A stretch of 63,384 bases of DNA, the filler included, from Reclinomonas americana ATCC 50394 (lineage: Eukaryota), in the NCBI GenBank assembly GCA_048213135.1. It is 9 parts of 4 records of this genome, joined end to end, with 100 filler letters (N's around TTAATTAATTAA, not from the genome) between each part and the next. Parts side by side here need not be neighbours in the genome. Positions count along the whole stretch, not along the records: positions 31,993 to 38,477 come from PS015242.1; positions 38,578 to 45,011 come from PS015242.1; positions 45,112 to 50,527 come from PS015242.1; 6 more parts are not named here. One strand, written 5' to 3'. Made by a program: the position numbers and the translations under genes. This document shows positions 37,170 through 48,800 of the stretch, in pieces (position 1 is the first letter of the stretch; the number at the start of each line of letters is the position of its first letter). The notes under the pieces are model-generated. The model saw nothing but the letters and a program-made list of their open reading frames with translations. It was not told the origin of the DNA and did not search any database.

Positions 37170-39012
37170 AGAGAAAGAAAGAGCGGGCGACAACAACGCA
37201 ACACGAGGAGCTCAGCGAGGGCAACACCAATGCCACGGGTGCCGGCTCGCAGACCGCCCTCACAGAGGGCGACGGCGACGCAATCTTCCAACGCAAAGCC
37301 ACGCATCGATTGCACGTGAACTGCGAGAAAAGGCCGGCGACCAAGGCGGTGGGCACGGCGCTGCGCACGACGTTCAACACCAGCGGCTGAGAAAGAGAAA
37401 GAGAGAGGAGGACGAATAAATGAGACTTGCGAGTCGCAGCAACAACAACCGGTTAACCCAACACACCTCGCACAAGTACAGAATTCTCTCACTCTGGCGA
37501 TCTGATGCCGAAGAATGCCAATAGATCTTCGCCGCACGGTCTGCGCCGTCGTCGGAGAGAACAAAGCAAAGGCCGCGCTCGACGACATCGACGGGTGCCG
37601 TGTCGACAGCGTCAGCGTCGACAAGCACGCCAAAGGAAAAGTACTCAGCCGCGCAGATCTCGCGAGCCAGCTGTGAGATGAGGAAAGGGGCAATAATGAG
37701 GAGAGGGAATGATGAAAACGCTGGGTGGTGCCACAAGCTTACCTCTATCAGCTGCTCGCGCACGCCCGCCAGTCGTTCCGGCGATGTGAGCTGGTGAGCG
37801 AGACTCCGCGGTCGGCTTCGGTCAAGGTCATCGTCAATGACCCGGTTGGCGGCATCAGCGGATGAAACACCACTCCAACGCAGCTGAAGGTAGCGCATGG
37901 TGAAACGTGCTCGCCCTGTGCTGCGTGAGTGGAGGAGGTGAGTGCGAGGCGATATCACAAATGCGCAGTTCGCCCGCCTACCTTGCAACGAGGCCGCATC
38001 GGCACCGGTACAGTCCGTGATGCCACACCGCTGGAGCACCGCCTTGACGTCGGCCGTCAACCACGGGCGCAGCAGGTGGCCAAGTCGGTGAAGGCGCTCA
38101 GTGGCCGACTCAAGCAGCAGGAGGTGCCGCAGCGAGAGAGACGTGCCAGCCAGCACACTACCGGCGTTGCCGAGGCCAAAGAGACAGCGTGCAACGACGC
38201 TGAATGCACTGCGAGTAAGCCGGCCCTGCGAGGATAGCGGAGGAAAGTAAGAACAAAGATTGGTGGAGGAGAGAACGAGTGACACCGAAGCTCAACATTC
38301 TTGTCCTTGAAGCGATTCTGCAGCACTTCCAACAGAACGCCGGCCTCATCGACTGCCACAATTGGGTCCTCGTTGGCCGTCATGGTGGAACGAATGACCG
38401 CCGACAGTTCATTGGCGTCGTCGACAGGATCCGCCATCAGGCTGCGTAGTACTGCGACGATCTTGCGCGTAAGCACGNNNNNNNNNNNNNNNNNNNNNNN
38501 NNNNNNNNNNNNNNNNNNNNNTTAATTAATTAANNNNNNNNNNNNNNNNNNNNNNNNNNNNNNNNNNNNNNNNNNNNACTGCTCTGCTGGCGGTCAGTGT
38601 CGTCGGATTGGCGAGATCGACAAGGAGAGGCCGTCCACTACCAACGGCCCACTTGAGCACCGGCGTGGCAACAGCGTCGAGTATGCGAGCAGTGCTGTCA
38701 TACTGGGAGTCCATCAGTGGCTTCAACCACTCTGCGTTGCGCGACTATGTAAAGCAGCGCGACAAAGGAGAGAACAAAAAAGAAAGACAACTCACCTTCG
38801 AATGTTACACGCAGTGCTTGCTCTGATGTGTGAGAGAGAGAGAGAGAGTGAGACTGTGTCGTTGTGGATTGAGAGTGAACAACACGCGCACCTCGCGCCG
38901 TGGTGGACAAGGATGTGAGGACACTGTGCTGTCGTTGAGAGAGCGTGAGGAGAGGAAAAGGAGGAAGAGGGAACGCGGAATGGTGGAGTGGAGAGTGGCG
39001 AAGGAGGTACAT
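36315..39012 (-). CDS. Crinkler/RHS-type P-loop NTPase + C-terminal restriction-endonuclease-fold protein (nuclease probably inactive); spans a linker gap; possible internal frameshift
   Basis: Spliced motifs IVAVDEAG (Walker-B-like, ~38340-38365), LAGTSLSL, LQG|RARFT, E|PLVL, RGFALEDCVA, P..SGPDLVV..LLIVGCT, TTDP, VVRVHLTLP, last exon ELVVNIDCTNL..ECAL* (36315). Walker A not visible, likely in gap 38478-38577. Family recognised from memory of motifs, not a search. Confidence 0.6.
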
Positions 39013-39230
39013 CGCGAAGGATAGGAGAAAAGGGAAACGGAGGACAGTCGAAGTTGAGCACTGCTGTGCACAAGTCTTTAGTGCAGCAGCAGGTATTCAT
39101 GTGTGTGTGTGTGTTCGCTCTCGGAGCTCCGAACAAGTCGAAGTCAACTCGACAGCGATGGTATTCCAGCGCTGAGCCGCAAGGCCAGTTCACTCCTCGT
39201 GATATTGCTTCATTTTCTCTTGCCTTCATC

Positions 39231-42200
39231 TCACAGTTCCAGCGTGAACTGCCCACACGCCTCACGAAGAGCGCGCATCACATCGAGCACCTCTTGCGAG
39301 GTTGGCCGGTCAGGGCGCATCGTCATGCATCGCATGCCGAGTTCAAACATTGGTTCGGCGATGCGTGGCGTCCACTCTGCTCCTCCGTCCACCAGTTCCA
39401 TGGGGCGCAGTGAGGCGGCACCGGAACGGTCCCAATCCACAGACCAATCCACGACGGTAGCCACAGGCTTGGCGGTGACCAGCTGCACCAGCACAATGCC
39501 CACGCTGTACACGTCGTGCTCTGGGTGCGGGCGACGCACGCGCATCGCCATTGGGTCCATGTAGTCCAGAGTGCCGGCGGCGGTAGTTGTCTACGAGATG
39601 AGGATAAGTGAGAGAATGAAGGAAGGGAGAAGGACTGAATGGAAACAGACCTTGCCATCTGCAATCGACCGCGCAATGCCAAAGTCACCGAGACATGGCT
39701 CGAAACGGTGATCGAGGAGCACATTGGAGGGCTTGATGTCGCGGTGCACGACGTTGTTCTGCGAGCGAAGGTGAGTGAGGCAAGGAACAAAGCATATTTG
39801 GGCATGTGGAGAACACATAATTCTGTCAGAGACAAAACAACAATAGAGTGACAAGGAGAGAAGAGAGATTGTAACCGCACGCAGAAAGAGAGCTTGGGTG
39901 GGGGATGAGCGAGAGAAGAGTGCGGAGGTGGAGAACACGTGAGACTGAGAGAAATAACACAAAAAGAGTGACAAGTAGAGAGGAGAGATGAGCGCAAGCA
40001 GAATGAGAGCAAGGGTGACCAAGAGGGAGAATGAGAGAGAAAAGAGTGCGGGGTGGAGTACACGAGAGACAGAGAGAGAGAGAGAGACAAGAACTGCAAG
40101 AGAGTGACAAGGAGAAAAGAAAGAAAGAGGGCACACTCAAAGAGCGAGTACGAGAAGTGAGGAAGTACAACACGAGACACTGGGAAATACGAGACAGTGA
40201 AGAAGAGAAGAGTAGAGACCGCAAAGGCAGCGTGCTCGGGCGACGGAGAGGGATATTTGACATGAAGGAAGTCAGCCACATCGCACAAACCTTGTGCAGG
40301 AACACCACGGCCTCGGCCAGGCCGAGACCAATCTGCACACGCTGCACGACGGTGAGTGGTGCACGACCGGCGCGTGGTAGCAGCAATAGATCCTCCAGGT
40401 TGGGAACTCTGTGTGCTTTCACAGTGAGACAATGATGGATGAGAAGGAGAGAGAGAGAGGGACGGGCACGTACTGCAGGGCCTTGTACACGAGACAGCGT
40501 GCCTTGTCGTCGCCCACCGAGTAGCCGACAAGAGGCACGATGCGACGGTCGCGCAGACGCCCGAGGGTGGCGACCTGTGAGGATGGGGAAGAAGGATGAG
40601 GAGGGAAAAGAAGAAGAAACAGGAGAGGGAGGGGAGACAGACCTCACTCTCAAACGACTCCATTGTCCACGGTGCATCGGGATCGAGCACCTTGATGGCC
40701 ACGTGCATCTCGCGAAGCAGAGTGATGAACACGGCACCCTGTCCACCTTCACCGACCTTGAGGCGTGGTGAGAAGGAGTCGGTGGCGTGTTCGATCTCGG
40801 GCCAATCGAAGCGCTGCACGGTGGTGTCGACTGTCGAAATAGGAGATGAGAGGTGAGAAATGGGTGAGAAGGAAAGACGTTGAACATCGATATGAAGAAA
40901 GCAAGAGGACAAGGGACAGACCTTGGGTGAGGAGGAGATCCTGTCGCAACTGGGAGATGAGCTGGTCCTTTTCTTGCAGCTGCGCGGCGAGGTCGTCCTT
41001 GTCACGCAGAGCCGCAGCCAGCTGAGCCTGCAGTTGGCCGTGAGCTTGATGCAAATGCGCGATTTGTTGTTGTCCGTCAGCGTGCGCTCGCTGCCATTCA
41101 ACAACTGTGTGCTGCAGTTCCGTGTTCTTCTGTTGCTCGTCAGCCTTATCATGCTGCAGCTCCGATACTGACCGTTGCAGTTCCGTGACGTATCGACGCA
41201 GCTGCGCATGCTTCTGCTGGTCCTCGACCTTGCCTCCTTCGAGCTCTGCGTTGGCTCGCTGCAGCTGGGCGACAAGGTCCTCGTGCTCACGTCGCTGTCG
41301 ATCCCATTCCCGCTGCTGGCGCTCTCGCTCCTGCTGCGCTGCCGCAAGTTCGCGCTGCAGTTGCGCAAGAAGTGCGTCCTTGTCGGCGAGCTGGCGTGCG
41401 ACGCTGGGATCATCAACAGCCGACTGCAATTTACGAGAGTGCGAGGGAGTCACGGAACGGATATGAGAAGTGAGTTTCACGAGCAACAAGAATCAGAGAT
41501 TTGCACTCTCCGTCTCACCTGGCGTGCTGGCACTTCATATGCGCCACGAATGACACACAAGGATAAGCCACAGATGGTGGAGCATGAGCACGAACACAAC
41601 ATGCCAACAGACATAATAGAGGTCATACCTGCAGGAGGCGGGGATCGCGCCTGTTGTTGTTGTTGTTGGGGTGGTGGTGCTGGTTGCGCAGCGAGGCGGT
41701 CAAGCAAGTCGGCCACTTGCTGCTTGCCATTGTCACGTGCCCTATCAGCCGCCGTCTGGCCCTCCTTGTTGACCATGGGAATGAGGTCGGGAAAGCGAGA
41801 GGCGAGGAATCGCACAATTGCTTCATGGTCATTCGCGGCAGCATAATCCAGTGCAGTGGACTGTGGAGTCACAGCACTATCATTGGAGACCGCCCGCACC
41901 ATCTCCGGCGGACATCGTCGCTCATCGGCAAGCAACCACTCCACCACTTGCAGATGCCCATTGTAGGCAGCCGTCATCAGTGGCGTGTAGCCATCGCCGG
42001 TGACCATTTGTGCGAGTTGTGGTCCGACACCACTTTCCTCCCACAAATACTCCAACACAGAGAGATGGCCTTTCCATGCTGCACAGTAAAATACCGAGCT
42101 GCCATACCCATTCATCTCCTCTCTCTTCAGCAGAGTCTGTGCGCCCTCGCGCACCACCAACTTGCGCAGTGCCTTCACATCGCCATCCCTCGCCATCTCC

Positions 42201-42326
42201 CATGCCTTCTTTCGACGACCACTGCCAAAGAGACACACACATGCAACACAAACAAACACGCAGAAAAGTGTCAGAAAGCAAGAGTAGGCCACCTGACAAC
42301 AACAACAACAAAAAAACACACCTCAT
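39231..42326 (-). CDS. Ankyrin-repeat / coiled-coil / IRAK-Pelle(RLK)-type kinase, copy B
   Basis: Paralog of copy A with the same exon structure: ATGAG|GT at 42326, ankyrin exon, coiled coil, RFDWPEIEHATDSFSPRLKVGEGGQG, HRDIKPSN, DFG, ending REACGQFTLEL* at 39231. Confidence 0.9.
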
Positions 42327-42838
42327 TTTTTGATTCTGGGAGGAAGAGAAACGGCAGCAACTCTCTCTCTCTCTTTCACACTCTGCGCCTTCTCTTCGTG
42401 CGCTCTGCTTATTGTGTTCCGTTGTACAGAGTTTTTCCGCGTGTTCTGTCCTGTTCCGTTGGCAGACAGACACAGCAGACCTTTGACGTCGAATTATTGT
42501 TCCACGACTCGTGCGTGTGTGTGCGAGAGAGAGACAGAGAGATAGAGAGACACACATGAACTAAGGGAACGCTCCACGCTGCTTTCGTCCGTGTTGATTG
42601 CTGCTTTTCCGCACGCAATCACCTTTCCACTTCAATACACTCGGCCGTCTCTTCCCCCTTGCTTTCTCCCTCCTCCCCCCTTTCCCTTCCCCTTCCCTCC
42701 CCCCTCCCTCACCACCACCAATCGATTATACTTGAACAATAAAAAACAAACAAAAAACAACACTCCCATCTACGCACACTCTCTCCTCTCCCCCAACCCA
42801 CCCCCACCCGAGCATGCACAAACACCCATCCCTCTTCC

Positions 42839-45800
42839 TCAATTCAACAGCAACCGCTCGCCCTCGCGGTACCGCGGATTCGCCGCCGCACTGCCCGACG
42901 GCATCACCGACTCCTGACTCGGCTTGAGCGACAAATGCTCCGCCTCGTCAGAGGCGTACTCGTGCTGCGGTGGACCGAACTGCGAGCAGGCCAGAGATGA
43001 GGACGACAGAGACACGCAAGCAACTCAACAATCGAAGGGAAGCCTGACGCAACCACTGACAGTAGTACCGGCAGCACCACCAAGCCGTGCCACATGCCGA
43101 AAATCACAATTCCGAGATACATGCGGAAGTAGTACACCGTGAAGATCTCCGACACGGCGAATGCCAGCACCACCACCTGCACATCATTGTGAGAACACAG
43201 TCGACAACCCCCTCCTTCTCCCATTGTCACCCAAGACGCAACACCGCACAGCTTGGTCATGGTGATACCGGAGATAATGTTGGAGCCCATGTGGACCAGC
43301 GAAATGTGCGCGCGCTCTGTCCTCGAACCCTTGGCGTGCACAAACGTGCGCGCGACGTGCACGCAGAATTCGACGCATAGACCAATGGAGACACATCTGC
43401 GGTCGGACAGTGAGCGGGTGGAGAGGGGACAGACAGGGACGGCGCGAGTCACGCAACAGATTGACCACCGACACGGCGTTGACGGAGATGTTCCACAGGT
43501 ACATAAAGCCGAGCATGTCGAAATACATCGATGCCACGCACACCAGCACCACCAGCGAGGCCCACAGGTTGCCGAGAAGCAGGACCACCACCAGGAACAC
43601 GGCGGCTGTGAGAAAGGAAGGGAGGAGTGAGTTTACAGAGAAGGGCAGATTGCTGCTGTGTACTCAAAAGTCCCATTCTCCTCCCATTCTCAGCACCACA
43701 GATTGTGCAGTGAGGGCACTGCCCTCACTTCAGAAGCATTCACAAACAGTCCCTCTCACAGGTCATTCAGAAGCACAAGCGCACAGATAAGGAATGGATC
43801 TGTAATCTTACCGATCTCTTTCATGAACTCGCTTACAGCACTCTTCTTGCACACGTCTCTCTCCGTCTCTTGACTTTCTCACTCTCTTTCTACACGCACA
43901 ATCCCCTTCTCATTTGCTCAGCAGGTAGCCGAAGCAACAACAGTGAAGTGTGCACTTATCGCTGCAGTCTTTCTCACACGCGATTCAAAGTCCGTGCCTA
44001 ATTTAACCCCAAGAGCCATCCAAAGCGCAGAGGAGCGATCAACAAGTAAACGCATTGCATACAGCTCTAAATGTAAGCTAATCACTACTTGTCACCATCT
44101 CGCACACTACAGCACTCACTCCATTAACTCGCTCTCTCTTCTCCCTCACCCCTGCATCCGTCGAACTCTGAAGCTCTCGTATTCTTTATCATTCTCTCTC
44201 GCACACTCATTATTTTTCGCTTTCAAATTAGTCTCTCACTCCTTTCCCTCACGTCCTTCACCAATCGGCTTCAGCTCTCTTATTCTTATCTATCTTTCTC
44301 GAACACTCTTAGTTTCTTTTGTTCTTTTAGTATTCTCTCACCACTACTTTCTCCCTCACCCTCTCCCTCACCCTCTCCCTCTCCCTACCTCCCCCCACTC
44401 CCTTCCCTATATGCCCTCCCCCTTCCCCCTTCTCCCCTTCCCCCCTCCCCCCTTCTCCCCTTCCCCCCTTCCCCCCACCCCCGCACTCACCCGCCGCAAT
44501 ACACGCCGTCTCCACCAGCACCGACATGATATACGTGTACTGGTAGAAGAACACGTAGAACACCGAGTAGGGGAACGCCGGCAAACCCAAATCGGCATAG
44601 ATGCTATTGGTGACCTCATACATATCGGTCAGCGCGTTGATATAGTCCTTTTGCGTCAGCAGCGGCAAGTGATTGCCACGCAGGCGCGAGGCAACAATAA
44701 CGTCGGGGTTCTCCGGATCAAACACAATGTCGCTGACCCACGGCACGCCGCAGTACGGCGCGCACAGGTTGTTGGTGCCGCACGGGTAGGCGAGGAACTC
44801 GTGCAGCCAGCGCGTGAAGTTCTTGCCGGTGGGGAGGTAGTCGGTGGAGCTGTCCAGATACTATAATAGGGGGAAGGGGGGAGGGAGGAAAGGAAGGGTG
44901 AGAGAAGGGGGAGGAAAAGGGGAGGAAAAGGGGGAGAAAAGGGGGAGAAAAGGGGGAGAAAGGGGAGAAAGGGGAGAAGGAGAAGGAGAAGGAGGAAGAG
45001 AGGAGAGGAGANNNNNNNNNNNNNNNNNNNNNNNNNNNNNNNNNNNNNNNNNNNNTTAATTAATTAANNNNNNNNNNNNNNNNNNNNNNNNNNNNNNNNN
45101 NNNNNNNNNNNGAGAGAGAGAGAGTGGCAGGGAGACAAAGCGAAATAAGTAGGAGCGAGAAAAGTGGGCAAGAAGCGAATTGCAGGAGGAGAAAATAGAA
45201 CGAGTGGCAGAAAATGAAGAGAAAAAGGAGAAAAATTCTTCTCTTCTTAGATTCTTCTCCGCCGCTTCATCACCTCACGAAGCCATACACTGACGATGCT
45301 CAACTTGAGAGTCAACACAAGCGCCTCACACAACATAGCGTGCTTTTCTCTCCCACCTTCCCTCTCAATCAATCACCCAAGAACCCTTCACAAGTTGCTG
45401 CCCTCTCCATTCTGATGCACTCGAGACTGTAAGAGTAAATACATACACACACACGTAGAGAGAATGAAAGAAAGAGAGAGAGAGAGAGAGACTGAAAAGA
45501 AACTTCCCCTGCAAGCACAAAAAAAGCACCAACAGAATTCTCACGCCAACTCTGCCACTTAACTGACCTGCGCAAACTTCCTCGCAAGCAATGCCTCGTC
45601 CACCACCTCTGCATCTCTTCCCCGCGTGCTCCCTTCTGCTTTCATCTCATTCCCTTTCCCCACATCTCCCCCTTCCCCTTCCCCCTTCCGCCTCACCTCC
45701 GCATGATTGCAATACGCCCACGCCGTAAAATCATCAATCCACGACAACACCGGGGCCGCCACATACGCCGTCTCCGACAGTCGATCGGCCACCGATCCCT

Positions 45801-48800
45801 TTTGACACTTGAACGGTTCAGGCACACTACAAACTTTTTGAATGTTTTCTTTGATACTCCAGTCCACGCCCTCCAACACGCTGTGGCGAGCAGTCAGCGA
45901 GAAGGAGAAGGGGAGGGCAGCGCAGGAAATGCACGCAACACGTAGTACGGCGCGCCGACCTGCACGTACTTGTCGACGCCGTTGAAATAGTCAATCAGGT
46001 ACGAGTCCTGCGGCAGAGCCACACGCTGATCCAGACCAATGTCCATTTGCGGAGAGATGCCAATGCCGAAACACAGCATGCCGACGAACACAATGATCTG
46101 CGCGAAAGGGGAAGGGTGAGTGAGGGGAAGGGGCAAAGGGACGTGAAGGGGGCAGAGAGTAGGACGGAGATGCAGAGAGGTAAACAAAGAGAACGGAGAA
46201 TGAAGCGAGAGTGACAGCGAGATCAAGAGGCGTAGAAGAGAGACGAGGAGAGTGAGTGCTAACTCAAACAGAAAAAGCACAAAGAGAGTTGAGCGAGTAC
46301 CGACGATGAAATGGAAAGAGAGGGCAACACACACAGAACGAGAAAATCAAACTGAGTGATGAGCGACAGTAAGAATCACAAGAAGGAACGCAAGAGAAAC
46401 GAGGGCAGAGAGTCACAACGCCTTGCGCTCCTCTCCAAATTGACGCACCACCACCACTTTCATCACCGGGTGCAGGAAGAACGGCGACCAGGCCTTCTCC
46501 ACCACCCACTTAACCAGACCGCCATTCTCAATCGGGTTGCTGCACGTCTTCGGGCCGACCTTGGCGCACGGGAAGCAGTCGAAGCGGTGCGCGCGCTCCT
46601 TCATGCGGTCCAGAGTCAGGAACACCAGGAAAACAGTCATTTGCAAGAGGTAGTTGGAGAGGATGGCCATGCCGGCGTACAGGGCGAAGGCGCTGTGCGG
46701 GAGGGGGAAGGGTGAGGAGGGGGAAGTGGGAAGGGTGGAATGGGGAAGGGTGGAAGGGGGAAGGGTGGAAGGGAGAAGGGAGAGGGAGAGGAAAGTGGGG
46801 GAGGAGAAAGGGGAAGGGAGAGGGAGAGTGAGAGAGGGGGAGGGGAAAGGGGAAGGGAGTGGAGAGGAAGGGGGAAACGAGGGAGAGAGAGACAGACAAA
46901 AGGGCAAGAGAGAGACTAGCAAAGGGCAAGAGAGAGAGAGAAAGAGAGAGAGAAAGAGAGAGAAAGAGAGAGACTGACGAAGGGCAAGAGATAGAGAAGG
47001 AGAGAGCGACAGCGAGTGAGAGAATGAGCGACAGCGAGTGAGAGAATGAGCGACAGCGAGAGAGAGAATGAGCGAGAGAGAGCGCGAAAAAGCGAGAGAG
47101 CGAGAGAGAAAAAGAGAGAATGACAGAGCGAGTAAGAGCGAGAGAGAGCGAGAAAGAGCGAGAGAGAGCGAGAAAGAGCGAGAAAGAGCGAGAGAGAGCG
47201 AGAAAGAGCGAGAAAGAGCGAGAGAGAGCGAGAAAGAGCGAGAGAGAGCGAGAAAGAGCGAGAGAGAGCGAGAAAGTGCGAGAAAGAGCGAGAAAGAGCG
47301 AGAAAGAGCGAGAAAGTGCGAGAGAGAGCGAGAAAGAGCGAGAAAGAGAGAGAGCGAGAGAGCGAGAAAGAGCGAGAGAGAGCGAAAAAGAGCGAGAAAG
47401 AGCGAGAGAGAGCGAGAAAGATAGGGTGAGAGAGAAAGAGAGAGCGAGAGAATAGATCAATTGGAAGCGACTGGAATGCTCTGCAAGTGTGACTCACCGC
47501 ACTGCGGGCATTTGCGTAATGGCGCCGAGGAAGAAGGCCACGGCCTCGGAGACGGCAGCCAGGGTGATCGAGGGACCAGCACGGCGCAGCGTCTCGCCAA
47601 TCTCCTCACGAATGGCAGCCATGTCGGAGCCGCCCGTGGCTGTACACGAAAACAATAAGAAGAACGCAGCAAATGTACAAAGAGCAAGGGGAGACGCAAC
47701 ATTCATCGGTGCCATAAGTCACGTCCTTCAAAGTGTTGACCAGAATGAAGATGTTGTCCACACCAATGGCTAACACGAGGAAGGGAATGACCTGCACAGA
47801 ATCAAAGAGTGAGTGCGGGGAACAGATGGCTGCGGTATTCACAGTTGCGAAAGGGAAAGGACAATCTCTCTTCCCTCCACCGTCTCCACTTCTCTCAGCA
47901 GCAAGAAAAAAGGTGACAACACACTTTCTCAGGTTGGAGTTTCATACGTCAAACAGCAAACACGAAAACGAGAGAGAGCAGACACTTATTCTCTTGCACA
48001 TCTACTCTTCTTTCGCACTCTCAGAACATATGCGCAGAAGTGAACAGCGAATAACAAATCTCACGCCAAGAAGCCACCTCCACTCTTTACCACACACGCA
48101 CAACAGCGCAAACAAGAACCTATTGCGGCACACGCTTCGCAGAAGAAGGCCACACACCCATTCACTCCTTTCCACAAGGACCACAAGGCGGAGAAAACAA
48201 AAGGAGAGCAATTTCCCGCTTCACAATCTTCCCACAAATTCTCTCACTCTCTCGTTCTCCTTGCAAGACTGAACATACACGAAACACACCGTTACATACC
48301 GTAGAAAGACACAAAACCAGACACTCATACTCGATCACTCATATTCTATGTTCTCTTTCTCTCCGCATTCATCCTCCCTTCTCTTTCCCTTCTCCTTCCT
48401 AAATCTATGCGTTACCTTGTCAGCTTCCCCACGCACCACATAAAGAGACAAAAAAACACACTCCGCCTCCTTCCTCCCTTCCCCCTTCCCCTCTCCACCC
48501 CCCTTCCCCCTTATCCCTTCCCCTTCACGTACCTCCGAAATAATCAACGTCGCCTTGATCTTAAACAAAACACACAACCCCACCGCGCCCGCCACCGACA
48601 GCACGACAATAAACACACCACCCAGCGCCAGCAGCACCTTCGAGTGCACCGGACTCATGCGCCCGAGCGAGAACGACACGTAGATGAACATGACCACATA
48701 CGAAATGATAATCGTGGTCACGTCGGCCGAGTTCTCGCGCTTCAGCTCCTCCTCGACACTGTTCTGCGCCGAGTAGGCCACCTTGAACATGGGCCAGCGC

